Shown: piece by piece, positions 18,973 to 28,383 of the stretch
How positions within the stretch are numbered: position 1 is the first letter of the stretch
Layout of the letters: every line of letters begins with the position of its first letter
Assembly (NCBI GenBank): GCA_018362935.1
Contig: JAHALQ010000005.1
Coordinates: 62,490 to 126,489, forward strand
Direction: 5' to 3'
Origin: Pseudomonadota bacterium
GTDB lineage: Bacteria; Pseudomonadota; Alphaproteobacteria; RF32; CAG-239
Length of the DNA: 64,000 nt
The notes under the pieces: generated by a model
What the model was told of the DNA's origin: nothing
Database searches by the model: none
Seen by the model: only the letters and a program-made list of their open reading frames with translations
Program-made: the position numbers and the translations under genes

Positions 18973-19746
18973 ATGAAAAAAATCGGACTAATTCTGCTTG
19001 GCATGGCTTTGTTCAGCCGCAGCGCCGCCGCATTCAGCGTCATGCACGAATTTAATATCGGCATCGGCCCTTTCGATGCCAGCCGCACCCGCTTTTCCTA
19101 TACGCTGGAACCGGAATCTTTTGAAGTAAATTCGTCCGTTAAGACTTTCGGCGTTTTCGACACGCTTTACCCTTTCAAGGCTGATTATAAAACTGCCGGA
19201 AAAGTCAGCAAAAATAATCTGTTGCCGCTGAATTACCGCTACAAGTCGCAGACCCGTTTCAACAAGCGCAGCAAAGAACTGGTTTATGACGATGCCGGCA
19301 CGCTTTTATACCGCAAAAGCAGCAAAAACGGCCGCAGCAAAAAAGTCGGCATTGCAAACGACGACAAAAATAACGGAACAACCGACTTTCAGACCGTTTT
19401 TGCCAAACTTGCCCGGCAGTACCAAAAAGTCCGTTTTTGTGATTCCCGCATGCCGGTTTTTGACGGCAAACGCCGTTTTGACGTCATCTTCAAGGACGAA
19501 GGTACGGAAACCCTCCCGCAGTCGGAAAAATTTTCTTTCGGCGGCAAAGCAGCCAAATGCTCGATGTATATCGACAAACTCAAAAACGACGATGACGATA
19601 TGCTGATGCAGATAAGCGCCGAACGCCCGATTTATTTTTGGATTATGGAACGCGAAGGCAAACCGTTTATTGCCCGCATCCATATTGATGAAACCCCGCT
19701 CGGCGCGCTTGACGCCTACGCTGCCGATATTCAGATTAAGGATTAA
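18973..19746 (+). CDS. secreted hypothetical protein (DUF3108-like)
   Basis: Signal peptide (MKKIGLILLGMALFSRSAAA); beta-rich with no clear motif; family assignment is tentative. Confidence 0.4.
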   Translation: MKKIGLILLGMALFSRSAAAFSVMHEFNIGIGPFDASRTRFSYTLEPESFEVNSSVKTFGVFDTLYPFKADYKTAGKVSKNNLLPLNYRYKSQTRFNKRSKELVYDDAGTLLYRKSSKNGRSKKVGIANDDKNNGTTDFQTVFAKLARQYQKVRFCDSRMPVFDGKRRFDVIFKDEGTETLPQSEKFSFGGKAAKCSMYIDKLKNDDDDMLMQISAERPIYFWIMEREGKPFIARIHIDETPLGALDAYAADIQIKD

Positions 19747-19750
19747 TGCC

Positions 19751-21148
19751 ATGTTGGAAAAAGCCGAACTTCTGCTTCCGGCCGGCTCGCTGGTCAAACT
19801 CAAAACCGCCGTTCTATATGGCGCCGACGCCGTCTATGCCGGCACACCGGACATGTGCCTGCGCGCGCAAAGCAAATTCACCATGGAAGAGCTGCGCGAG
19901 GGTATTGAGTTTGCGCATCAAAACGGCAAAAAAATCTATCTGACGCTCAATCTGTTTATGCATAACCGCGACGTTGAAAAGCTGCCGACTTTTGTCGACA
20001 CGCTGCGCGAGCTCAAACCGGACGGCGTATTGATTGCCGATCCCGGCGTTTTCCAATATGTCCGCGAACATGCGCCGGAATTAAGCCTCTTTGTATCGAC
20101 GCAGGCCAACATCTGTTCTTATCAGGCCGTCAAATTTTGGCAGAATCAGGGCGCCAAACTCTGCGTCCTCGGCCGCGAAGTCAGCTTTGAAGAAATGAAG
20201 GAAATCCGCGACAAATGTCCCGACATTTTGCTTGAATGCTTTATGCACGGCGCCATGTGCATGTCTTATTCCGGCCGTTGTCTGATATCCAACTATCTGG
20301 CCGACCGCAGCGCCAATCAGGGCAAATGCGCGCATTGCTGCCGCTGGCATTACAAATTGCACTTGCGCCTTAAGGACGGCACGATTAAAGAACTGACAAT
20401 AGACGAACATAACAAAGATTCTTTTGAATTTCTGCTGGAAGAAGAATTCCGCCCCGGCGAATATTTTGAAGTTATGGAGGACGAACACGGCGGCTATATG
20501 CTCAATTCCAAAGACATGTGCATGATGCCGCGGCTGGACGATTTACTTTCAATCGGCATGGATTCTCTCAAAGTGGAAGGCCGCAACAAAACCGAATATT
20601 ACGCCGCCACTGTCGCCCGCGCCTATCGCCGGGCGATTGACGACTGGTATAAAGACCCGCAAAACTGGGATTATCGCAAATACATGGGCGAGCTGGAAAC
20701 GCTGCAAAACCGCGGCTACTGCCTTGGCTTTCATGACGGAAAACTGACCAACATCAGCCAGAATTATGAATACACGCGGACACTGGGCGACTGGCTGTTT
20801 GCCGGTTCAATCGTCGAATGGCAGGACGACGACGCCATTTTTGAAATTCGCAATTATATTAATGCGGAAGAAGAAATTGAATTTCTGATTCCCGGCACGC
20901 TTGAAGTCGTTAAACTGCGCCTGAATGAGTTTGAAGACGCCCTCAGCGGCGAAGTCACATCCAGAGTTTCGGCCGGTCAGGAAAAGAAAATCCGCATTCG
21001 CCCGCAACTGTGGAACCGTCCGTTTGCCGAAATCAAAAAGCTCTTGCCCCAATATACAATTGCTCGCAAGTTTGCGCCGCTGCAAGGCGATAATGCCGAA
21101 ATGCTCCGACACAAAAAAGACGAATATGAAGTTCTCCGCCGCAAATAA
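19751..21148 (+). CDS. U32-family peptidase (RlhA/TrhP-like RNA-hydroxylation-associated enzyme)
   Basis: Peptidase U32 signature region (ECFMHGAMCMSYSGRCLIS...CAHCCRWHY); start taken at the ATG at 19751 after the upstream stop. Confidence 0.8.
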   Translation: MLEKAELLLPAGSLVKLKTAVLYGADAVYAGTPDMCLRAQSKFTMEELREGIEFAHQNGKKIYLTLNLFMHNRDVEKLPTFVDTLRELKPDGVLIADPGVFQYVREHAPELSLFVSTQANICSYQAVKFWQNQGAKLCVLGREVSFEEMKEIRDKCPDILLECFMHGAMCMSYSGRCLISNYLADRSANQGKCAHCCRWHYKLHLRLKDGTIKELTIDEHNKDSFEFLLEEEFRPGEYFEVMEDEHGGYMLNSKDMCMMPRLDDLLSIGMDSLKVEGRNKTEYYAATVARAYRRAIDDWYKDPQNWDYRKYMGELETLQNRGYCLGFHDGKLTNISQNYEYTRTLGDWLFAGSIVEWQDDDAIFEIRNYINAEEEIEFLIPGTLEVVKLRLNEFEDALSGEVTSRVSAGQEKKIRIRPQLWNRPFAEIKKLLPQYTIARKFAPLQGDNAEMLRHKKDEYEVLRRK

Positions 21149-21151
21149 GCC

Positions 21152-21180
21152 AAAGGCCGGATTAATCTCCGGCCTTTTTC
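21152..21180. terminator. bidirectional intrinsic terminator (GGCCGGA-ttaatc-TCCGGCC + TTTTT)
   Basis: 7-bp GC stem with A tract before and T tract after; between convergent genes. Confidence 0.5.
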
Positions 21181-21656
21181 ATCAAATCAGAAACGTTTTC
21201 CTTGAGTTTTTCCAAACGGACAACCTCATGGAGCTGTCCTTCCTGCATATAGATTTTGGCAAGGCGGCTGCTGATTTTGATAATTTCTTCGCAGCGCTGG
21301 GTTATGCTGACAGGCGCATCGCCCCACATTTCCAGCATTTGTTCCCACACGCTGGCTTTTTGCCGGTTATCTCCGGCCAGATAAATTGCTTTTTGCCAAT
21401 ATTTCAATGCTTCCATCGGCTGATTTTTTTCTTTTAACGCCTTGGCGATATTATTATGAGCCCAATACAACAACACATTCCGCTTGATGTTGGGATTCCA
21501 GCGGCAGGACTTTGTATTGGCACAGAAATCGATTACTTTTGCATAAGCCTGTATGGTATTGTCAGGATCGGAAATCTGATTGGCGCGCTCATATGCCTGT
21601 TTATATGCCTGCACAATTGAGGTGGGCGGCGAATTAGTGCTGTACTCCGCCTGCAT
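21162..21656 (-). CDS. hypothetical TPR-like helical protein
   Basis: Helical repeats (AYAKVIDFC..., ALKYWQKAIYLAG); start uncertain, and the track ORF start overlaps the next gene. Confidence 0.4.
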   Translation of the reverse strand: MQAEYSTNSPPTSIVQAYKQAYERANQISDPDNTIQAYAKVIDFCANTKSCRWNPNIKRNVLLYWAHNNIAKALKEKNQPMEALKYWQKAIYLAGDNRQKASVWEQMLEMWGDAPVSITQRCEEIIKISSRLAKIYMQEGQLHEVVRLEKLKENVSDLMKKAGD

Positions 21657-21999
21657 CATAAGCTTCCGGGGTCTGCTGACGAAGATTGGTTGCATCGTCA
21701 AACCCGGTCACACATCTGTGCGACAATTTTCCTCCGGTTTTCATGCAGTATTCGTCGCGTACCAAATCATACTTGGCATAAACCGGACAGGTTTCACAGA
21801 GGCAGCCGCGATCCTCATCAATACAATGGCTTTTCTCAAAAGCGCAGAACATACTTTCAAAATGTTCGACATTGTCCAAATCCTCGAACATTTTAATGGC
21901 GTTGATCGGATAGTTTTTAATTTTGCAGCCCAGTGTATATGAAGGGCAGCTTGGACATTGGCATTCCTTCAGATTTTCTTTTGTCTTAGCAACCAGCAT
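21634..21999 (-). CDS. small cysteine-rich hypothetical protein
   Basis: Two CxCxxCPxY motifs (CQCPSCPSY, CLCETCPVY) plus further Cys residues; AAAGGAG RBS 8 nt upstream. Confidence 0.45.
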   Translation of the reverse strand: MLVAKTKENLKECQCPSCPSYTLGCKIKNYPINAIKMFEDLDNVEHFESMFCAFEKSHCIDEDRGCLCETCPVYAKYDLVRDEYCMKTGGKLSHRCVTGFDDATNLRQQTPEAYDAGGVQH

Positions 22000-22160
22000 T
22001 GATTTACTCCTTTGATTAAATGACCAATTTAAAGTATGCCGCTTTAGGGCAAAAACAATAGACCTTTGGAATAGAAGCCCAAACTGCTTGTCTCATGTGA
22101 TTAGTTATTCGTGATTCGTTATTGCTTGAATAATTAAATTTTCTCTTTTATACTTCTTTT

Positions 22161-22328
22161 GCTTTCGGGTATTCCGGAAGCGGAGTGTAACGGCTCCTTG
22201 TCAGTAAAAGAACAACTCCTTATATGGGGAGCCGGGGATATAAGCATGCCTGCATGTCGAATAACCCGGACTGTTCTGACACAGTCGTTAACTCCCCGCC
22301 TTAATTTTTGTTAAGGCGGTTTCTTTTT
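22161..22328 (+). ncRNA. candidate structured small RNA, copy 1 (own promoter TTGAAT-17-TATACT at 22126-22154, 3' intrinsic terminator)
   Basis: Nested stems (GGAG..CTCC; CCGGG..CCCGG; GCATGcctgCATG; ACTGT..ACAGT; GGGGAG..CTCCCC) end in CCGCCTTAA-tttttg-TTAAGGCGG + TTTCTTTTT; no conserved ORF; second copy at 43952-44115 with covarying stems. Confidence 0.4.
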
Positions 22329-22354
22329 AGCAAAAGAATTAAGGAGTTATCAAA

Positions 22355-22597
22355 ATGAGATTAAAAGCACATCATATTCTAAGGGAACGTCTGGCGCCTT
22401 TGCTGATTGAAGAGCGCCTGAAACGAAATTTGCAGCCGGCGCAGATTGCACTGGTCTGCGACTTGTCTGTCGATACCATCAACCAGATAGAAAGCGGCGG
22501 CGCCATGTCTTTCAAAAAATACCTTCGGCTGCTGCGGTATTATAATAAAAAGATAAAACTCGAACTGGTTGATTACAACCCAACCAGTTCAGCATAA
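22355..22597 (+). CDS. XRE-family (Cro/CI-type) helix-turn-helix transcriptional regulator, 80 aa
   Basis: HTH_3-like segment LQPAQIALVCDLSVDTINQIESGG; AAGGAG RBS; lies 25 nt downstream of the RNA terminator. Confidence 0.65.
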   Translation: MRLKAHHILRERLAPLLIEERLKRNLQPAQIALVCDLSVDTINQIESGGAMSFKKYLRLLRYYNKKIKLELVDYNPTSSA

Positions 22598-22680
22598 ATA
22601 ACAGGCACAACGCCAAAAAAGCTCGGAGAACTAGATGAGCCATTATACGAGCTTTCCGGAAAGCTTGGAGTTTGAGCTTT

Positions 22681-22747
22681 ATAATAAAAATTTAGGGCGG
22701 CGAAAGCGGAGTTTACAAAGTAGTAAATGAGCATTTCGCCGACCCGC
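22681..22747. terminator. complex palindromic intrinsic terminator, member 1 (terminates acyP on the minus strand, plausibly also the XRE gene on the plus strand)
   Basis: GGGCGGCGAAAgcggag[TTTAC..GTAAA]tgagcaTTTCGCCGaCCCGC with T-rich tracts on both sides; followed by a second hairpin TTGTATT-agaaagccaaa-ATACAA. Confidence 0.5.
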
Positions 22748-22783
22748 TAATTTTGTATTAGAAAGCCAAAATACAAGCTTTCC

Positions 22784-23071
22784 TCAAACGCGTTTAAACA
22801 CCCCCTCCTCTATCTCTGGCAAAAAACTGCTGATACGCCCGGGAATAAAATCAAGGCTGTCGACCCGAGCTAACGACGGGCCTTTGCGGCAGGCTAATAT
22901 CATCTCGTCAAGTTTTTCTTCTTCGCCGCGCATGAGGATTTCGACACTGCCGTCGGCAGCGTTGTGCACCCAGCCGGAGATTCCGCCGATACGCTGCGCC
23001 TCGCGAACGGCAAACCAACGATAGCCGATTCCCTGCACGCGGCCTTTAATTTTGATGTAGACCTCTTTCAT
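22784..23071 (-). CDS. acyP: acylphosphatase
   Basis: VxGxVQGVxFR N-terminal signature (IKGRVQGIGYRWF) and a GWV motif. Confidence 0.85.
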   Translation of the reverse strand: MKEVYIKIKGRVQGIGYRWFAVREAQRIGGISGWVHNAADGSVEILMRGEEEKLDEMILACRKGPSLARVDSLDFIPGRISSFLPEIEEGVFKRV

Positions 23072-23565
23072 TATTTCAAAAAATCTTCAATCTCATACAA
23101 TTCTTTTTTGCGCTCGGCCAATTTTGCGGCGGCTTCGTCATCCTTGCCCCACTTTTTTTCTTGGAAAAGCTGTTCCAGATAAGCTGCCTGATAAGCCTGC
23201 TCCGCACTTATCCGCTTTTTGACCAAAGCGGCCGCCAGCAGGACGGAACGCATGTTCAGCGCCGCCAGATAATAAGCGGCCAGTTCGCGATCGCTCAGAT
23301 TTTCCAAAAAGGCTTTTAAGCGATAACCGGACTGCTGGTTTTCCTCACTGACATCCAGCCCGTGGGTTTTCTTGAATTTGCCGTCAAATTCTTTTTCAGC
23401 CCACGCAATCAGAGGCTCCCAGTGTTTCTCCTGCTCCGCAATCAGTTCTCTGTCGGTTCCCCAGAACAACAGCATATCCGTGGCCGTATATTTCATCAGT
23501 TTGTCGATAATCTCCGGACGGTATTTCTTGACATCGGCCGCCGCCTGTTCCAGCTGAGTAGACAT
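23071..23565 (-). CDS. ATP12-family F1-ATPase assembly chaperone (short form lacking the usual N-terminal ~70 aa)
   Basis: C-terminal two-thirds are colinear with the ATP12 family (HWEPLIAWAEKEF..., LAAYYLAALNMRSVLLAAALV, KKWGKDDEAAAKLAERKKEL). Confidence 0.55.
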   Translation of the reverse strand: MSTQLEQAAADVKKYRPEIIDKLMKYTATDMLLFWGTDRELIAEQEKHWEPLIAWAEKEFDGKFKKTHGLDVSEENQQSGYRLKAFLENLSDRELAAYYLAALNMRSVLLAAALVKKRISAEQAYQAAYLEQLFQEKKWGKDDEAAAKLAERKKELYEIEDFLK

Positions 23566-23574
23566 ATCGTTCTC

Positions 23575-25701
23575 CTATTTTATTTGCAAAGACTTTAATA
23601 TACCTTTAGCGGTATTCTTCAAATCTTTCAAGCCCTGTTTAAGCTGTTTCTCGGTTCCTTCAACCACGTTCTGGGTTGTTGCCTTAACGCCGCTCGGTTT
23701 GGGAAAACGGCTGGCATAGGACGTACCTTCCAAAGCGGTGTAGCATGGGCTGCCGTCGCCGTTTAAGAATACCTGCGAGCCAAGATAAGACACCCCGCCG
23801 GTTGCCGCAACGCCGACAATCGTTCTCAGCGCCTGCTTGTCATCAATGCCGACTTTCGGATTGTCCAATGTGCCGCCGACCTTAATGAATGAAGCCAAAG
23901 CCTGCGTAACGTTGCCGCTGGCAAGTTTGTTCATCGACGGTTCAATCGTAAAATTAAGTTTGTCGTTCATTAAATTAACTCTGCCGTCGCTGACGATGGT
24001 CAGCTGTTTTGAATCAAACGCTATCCCGCGCGGAAAAACCGCCGTTCCTCCGGCTATATCCGCACGCACCACCGCGCAGGTCAAATCAAGCTGATTGGCT
24101 TTGCGGGTATCTATTTTCAAAATGTTTAATATCTGCGTCAGAATATTGCCCTTCAAAAATTCCAGCGCGCCGGTCTGCATAACCGATTTATCGACAATCG
24201 CCACCAAACGGCCGTTCATATTGTTGACCAGCTGGCGGTAGGTCGTGCCGACCGATGTGCCGTTGGCATAAATATCGACGTTTCCACCGCTTAACACGCC
24301 GAAATCGCTCTTGCCGCTGACAGCAAAATCCGAATGCAGATTTTGCAGTTTCATATTCTGGCTGGTCAAATCAAAAACCACCTTATGCTGGGATGAATCA
24401 ACTGTCAGCTTGCCGTCAATTTCGCCGCCGCCGAATTTCAGTTTCAGCGGAGAAGCCGTCAATAAGCCGTTGTTAAGTTTTACGGATGCATAAACATTGT
24501 CCGCCTGTACAGCCGGATCAATTATCAGTTTACCGATGCTCACAACAGCTTCGCCGTTAAGCTCATTCAGAACCTGATACGGAATTTTTTCATCCGAAAC
24601 GCCGGTCAGCGCATGCGCCTCGGCAATCAGCGGCGGCAGTTCAAAAGCCAGTGGCGATGATTTGGCATTAAGGCTTTCCAGATTAAAGCGGTCGCTTTTC
24701 AGATTAGCCTTAACCCAAGGTTTTTTGCCGTTCCATTTGGCATCAATGTTTCCGGTCACCAGATTATTGGCAATATTGAGCGTGTTAATTGCCGCTTTAG
24801 CGCCGTTGGCATCGCCGTCAACGCGCGCTTTCAGCGTCGTTTCGGGCGCGCCGAAATTGCCTGCCGGATTATACAGGTTGCTTTCAAAGGCGTAAACCGG
24901 CTCATCCGTCAACACGCCGGTAATGCTGCCGTTAAGATTAATGTTTGCCTTGTAGGCCGAAGCGCTCAGCAAAATCGGATAAGCCGCATCTTTTTGCATA
25001 AGAGTATTAAGCGAACCGAACGTCGCCTGGCCGTTAATTGCATCGCCGTTATAAATGATATCAAAATCAATATTGATTTTCTCATCCGCCCCCGGAACTT
25101 CCATTGCAATTTTTTTAATCGCCGCATTATAGACGGTTTTGCCGTCAATATACTGTACTTTTCCGTTTTCAATTAAAACGTCGTGCGCGGCAAAACCGGC
25201 CAGCAGCGCCAACTGCGGATTTTCTTTGAGCTGTTCGGCACTGACAGGCTTGCCGTCTGCAATCTTGGCCGCCTGTACTGCTTTGACTTGCGCCGGTTTG
25301 TCTGCCGGGCCAAAATCCCAATTGGCTGTGCCGTCGGCTTTTTTCTGGAGATAAACTTCCGGGGCGCTGAGCAAAATTTTATCAATGACAACCTCTTTTT
25401 TCAGCAGCGGCAGCAGTGCGAATTTGACTTCCAGCTGTTTAACTTTCAGCATCTGCGGGTTAGACGCCCATTCCGGATTCGCCAGCTCGACATCGTTAAC
25501 CACCACGGTCGGCACCAGCGATATGCCAATCTCGGCATTGCCGTTAATACTGAGTTTCCGACCGGTTTCGCGCAGCACAATCTCTTCGGCATAGGACTTA
25601 TATTTATTCAGGTCAAAATGGCGGATTACCAAATATCCGCCGATAGCCAGAACAATCAGCAGGCTGAAAATAACCGTCGCTAAAATTTTGATAAACTTCA
25701 T
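23575..25701 (-). CDS. AsmA-family outer-membrane assembly protein
   Basis: N-terminal transmembrane anchor plus a long beta-rich AsmA-like region. Confidence 0.7.
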   Translation of the reverse strand: MKFIKILATVIFSLLIVLAIGGYLVIRHFDLNKYKSYAEEIVLRETGRKLSINGNAEIGISLVPTVVVNDVELANPEWASNPQMLKVKQLEVKFALLPLLKKEVVIDKILLSAPEVYLQKKADGTANWDFGPADKPAQVKAVQAAKIADGKPVSAEQLKENPQLALLAGFAAHDVLIENGKVQYIDGKTVYNAAIKKIAMEVPGADEKINIDFDIIYNGDAINGQATFGSLNTLMQKDAAYPILLSASAYKANINLNGSITGVLTDEPVYAFESNLYNPAGNFGAPETTLKARVDGDANGAKAAINTLNIANNLVTGNIDAKWNGKKPWVKANLKSDRFNLESLNAKSSPLAFELPPLIAEAHALTGVSDEKIPYQVLNELNGEAVVSIGKLIIDPAVQADNVYASVKLNNGLLTASPLKLKFGGGEIDGKLTVDSSQHKVVFDLTSQNMKLQNLHSDFAVSGKSDFGVLSGGNVDIYANGTSVGTTYRQLVNNMNGRLVAIVDKSVMQTGALEFLKGNILTQILNILKIDTRKANQLDLTCAVVRADIAGGTAVFPRGIAFDSKQLTIVSDGRVNLMNDKLNFTIEPSMNKLASGNVTQALASFIKVGGTLDNPKVGIDDKQALRTIVGVAATGGVSYLGSQVFLNGDGSPCYTALEGTSYASRFPKPSGVKATTQNVVEGTEKQLKQGLKDLKNTAKGILKSLQIK

Positions 25702-25704
25702 GAA

Positions 25705-26637
25705 CTAACTCTCCAATGCTAACCCCAGAATTGACAAAGCCGTTTTAAAATGTTCCGGAAGCGGGGCACAAATTTCCAGTTTTTTATTATATATTCCCGA
25801 CAAATCAATTTTATAAGCATGCAAAAAAAGTTTATTGGCTACGCCATCGATTTTTTCTTTTAAGCGCCCGAAATATTTATCGTCGCCGACAATCGGACAG
25901 CCCAGATATTCCATATGCACGCGGATTTGATGCGTCCGCCCGGTCTGCGGCCGCGCCTCAACCAAAGCAAACTTATCGGCCAGATTGTCCAGCACACGGT
26001 AATCCGTCAGTGCCGGTTTGCCGTCCGCACTGACAACCGTTTTGTCTCCGCTCTTGTCAAGGCGCGCTTTAACCTGCCCTCTTTCCGGCTGCGGACAGCC
26101 GTTGACAAGAGCCAGATAGGTTTTGTGCAAATCGCGTTCGCGAAATGCCTTTGTCAAAAGCTCCGCGCTTTTGCGGCTGCGCGCCAAAACCAGAATTCCG
26201 CTGGTTTCCTTGTCAATCCGGTGAACCAGCTTTGGCGCTTCTTCATAATCATAACGCAGCGCATTAAGCATGCCGTCAATATGCCGCGTTGTGTTGGTGC
26301 CGCCCTGTACCGCAATACCGGAGGGCTTGTTCAAAACGATGATTTCGGCATCCTTATAAATGACCAGCGAGCGGATAAATTCGGCATCCCGCGCCAAAAC
26401 GCCCTGTTTTTCGGCCGTACCCGCGGCTTCGTTGTCCAGCGGCGGCACGCGGACTTCCTGACCGGCGGCAAGCTTAAGCCCGGCTTCGGCCTTTTTGCCG
26501 TCAACTTTAATCTGTTTGGTACGCAGAAGCTTGTTGAAACGCCCCAGCGAAAGCCCCGGATAATACTTCAAAAACCAGCGGTTTAGCCGCATACCGTCGT
26601 CAACATCCCGAACTTTGACCAATTCCACGCCAGACAT
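25705..26637 (-). CDS. rluC: RluA-family 23S rRNA pseudouridine synthase (RluC/RluD-like)
   Basis: S4 domain followed by the catalytic motif HRLDKETSGILVLAR. Confidence 0.8.
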   Translation of the reverse strand: MSGVELVKVRDVDDGMRLNRWFLKYYPGLSLGRFNKLLRTKQIKVDGKKAEAGLKLAAGQEVRVPPLDNEAAGTAEKQGVLARDAEFIRSLVIYKDAEIIVLNKPSGIAVQGGTNTTRHIDGMLNALRYDYEEAPKLVHRIDKETSGILVLARSRKSAELLTKAFRERDLHKTYLALVNGCPQPERGQVKARLDKSGDKTVVSADGKPALTDYRVLDNLADKFALVEARPQTGRTHQIRVHMEYLGCPIVGDDKYFGRLKEKIDGVANKLFLHAYKIDLSGIYNKKLEICAPLPEHFKTALSILGLALES

Positions 26638-26651
26638 ACTTTTTTCTTTCT

Positions 26652-27011
26652 CTATAAGCAGGCTTTTACCAGCCGCATTCCCAAAAACAAAAAGGCCGCG
26701 CCGGCAGCCAGCGACCCAAACATATAAACCAGACCTTCCACCGTTTTCTGGTTATTTACCAGCAAGCCGAAATCCAGCATATACGTTGAAAAAGTCGTAA
26801 AACCGCCGAGCAGCCCGGTGATAACAAAACTCCGCAGTTCCGGCCGCATATCCGTTTTGGCGGCAAAATACTCAAATGCCATGCCGATAAACAGCGCACC
26901 GAGAATATTTACCAGAAAAACGGCCCAATGGCTGCCGATACGCAGGCAAACCAAATGCCGCAGCAGAGAACCGATGCCGCCGCCAATAAAAACTCCCAGC
27001 AGATTAATCAT
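26652..27011 (-). CDS. crcB: fluoride channel CrcB/Fluc
   Basis: Four transmembrane helices, GxxGxxLR and TGxxGGxTTFSTF motifs; start at MINLLGVF, overlapping the rarA stop by 8 nt. Confidence 0.8.
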   Translation of the reverse strand: MINLLGVFIGGGIGSLLRHLVCLRIGSHWAVFLVNILGALFIGMAFEYFAAKTDMRPELRSFVITGLLGGFTTFSTYMLDFGLLVNNQKTVEGLVYMFGSLAAGAAFLFLGMRLVKACL

Positions 27012-28323
27012 TTTTTGTCCCTTTGGCTCTTTGTTTCTCGGCACGCAGTTTGTCAAAATAGTCAACGCGCTTTTTAACCTCGCGCTCAAATCCGCGGTCA
27101 ACCGGATGATACAGCTTGACCCGGCTCATGCCGTCCGGAAAATAATTGGCGCCCGAAAATCCGTCTTCGCAGTCGGGGTCATATTCGTATCCTTCGCTGT
27201 AACCGAGCTGCTTCATCAGCTTGGTCGGCGCGTTGAGAATATTCTTCGGCGGCATCAGCGAACCGGTTTTTCTTGCCAAATCCCGTGCCGCATACATCGC
27301 CTTATAAACGCCGACCGATTTCGGCGCCGTTGCCAGATACGCGGCCAGCTGCATAATTGCCAGATCGCCCTCCGGAGAGCCCAAACGGTCATAGGTTTCC
27401 CAGCAGGCAATTGCCTGCGTGACGGCATTGGGATCGGCCAGCGACACGTCTTCCACCGCAAAGCGGGTCATGCGCCGCAGCAGATATTTCGGGTCTTCGC
27501 CGGATTCCAGCATGCGCGCCACCCAATATAAAGCCGCGTCCACGTCAGACCCGCGCAAAGACTTGTGCACCGCAGAAATCAAATTATAATGGCCGTCGCG
27601 CCCTTTGTCATAAATCGGCGCGCGCGAACGAATAATTTTGACGATGCTGTCCTTGTCAAAAATTTCGCCGTTTTGCGCATAATTCCACACGCTTTCCGCC
27701 AAATTGAGAATATAACGCCCGTCGCCGTCGGCGGTTTCTTTCATAAATGTCCGCGCTTCATCGTCAACCGGCAGTTTGCGCCCTTCTTCTTTTTCGGCGC
27801 GTGCCAGCAGCTCTTCAAAATTATCAACGCTGAGCCGGTTCAGCACAAACACCTGGCACCGCGACAATAAAGCGGCATTAAGCTCAAAGGACGGATTCTC
27901 GGTCGTCGCGCCGACCAAAATAATCGTGCCGTCCTCAACATAGGGCAGAAATCCGTCTTGCTGCGATTTGTTGAACCTGTGAATTTCATCGACAAACAAC
28001 AGCGTTCCCTGCCCCTGATGCGTGCGGCGCTCCTGCGCATATTGAAAAACGCGCTTTAAATCCGCCACACCGGAGAAAACCGCGGAAATCTGTTCAAAAT
28101 AAAGCTTGGTATTTTCGGCAATCAGGCGCGCGATGGTCGTCTTGCCGCAGCCCGGAGGCCCCCATAAGATAAAAGAAGAAATCTTGCCGCTCTTAATCAT
28201 CCGCCCCAGCGGCGCATTATCGCCCACGACATGATCCTGCCCCACCACTTCAGACAAAGTACGGGGACGCAGCCTGTCGGCAAGCGGGCGCTTAACTGTT
28301 GATGAAAAAAGAGTTTCTTCCAT
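27004..28323 (-). CDS. rarA: replication-associated recombination protein A (RarA/MgsA AAA+ ATPase)
   Basis: Walker A GPPGCGKTT plus the MgsA C-terminal domain. Confidence 0.9.
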   Translation of the reverse strand: MEETLFSSTVKRPLADRLRPRTLSEVVGQDHVVGDNAPLGRMIKSGKISSFILWGPPGCGKTTIARLIAENTKLYFEQISAVFSGVADLKRVFQYAQERRTHQGQGTLLFVDEIHRFNKSQQDGFLPYVEDGTIILVGATTENPSFELNAALLSRCQVFVLNRLSVDNFEELLARAEKEEGRKLPVDDEARTFMKETADGDGRYILNLAESVWNYAQNGEIFDKDSIVKIIRSRAPIYDKGRDGHYNLISAVHKSLRGSDVDAALYWVARMLESGEDPKYLLRRMTRFAVEDVSLADPNAVTQAIACWETYDRLGSPEGDLAIMQLAAYLATAPKSVGVYKAMYAARDLARKTGSLMPPKNILNAPTKLMKQLGYSEGYEYDPDCEDGFSGANYFPDGMSRVKLYHPVDRGFEREVKKRVDYFDKLRAEKQRAKGTKND

Positions 28324-28383
28324 GATTCTTCCGATTCGCATAAAATGATATCGTAATATAGCAGAAACTTTATGATTTTACAT

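Noticed and set aside
22224-22304. 26-aa ORF (MGSRGYKHACMSNNPDCSDTVVNSPP) inside element A
   Set aside because: The ATG is not conserved in the second copy (atctgggg), whereas base-pairing is conserved, so this is RNA rather than peptide.
22161-22328. Element A as a two-piece tmRNA, SRP RNA or 6S RNA
   Set aside because: No tag-peptide reading frame ending in ALAA-type codons, no SRP domain-IV AGGAAGCAGCC motif, and two copies with one fused next to an XRE gene. It is treated as a novel RNA candidate instead.
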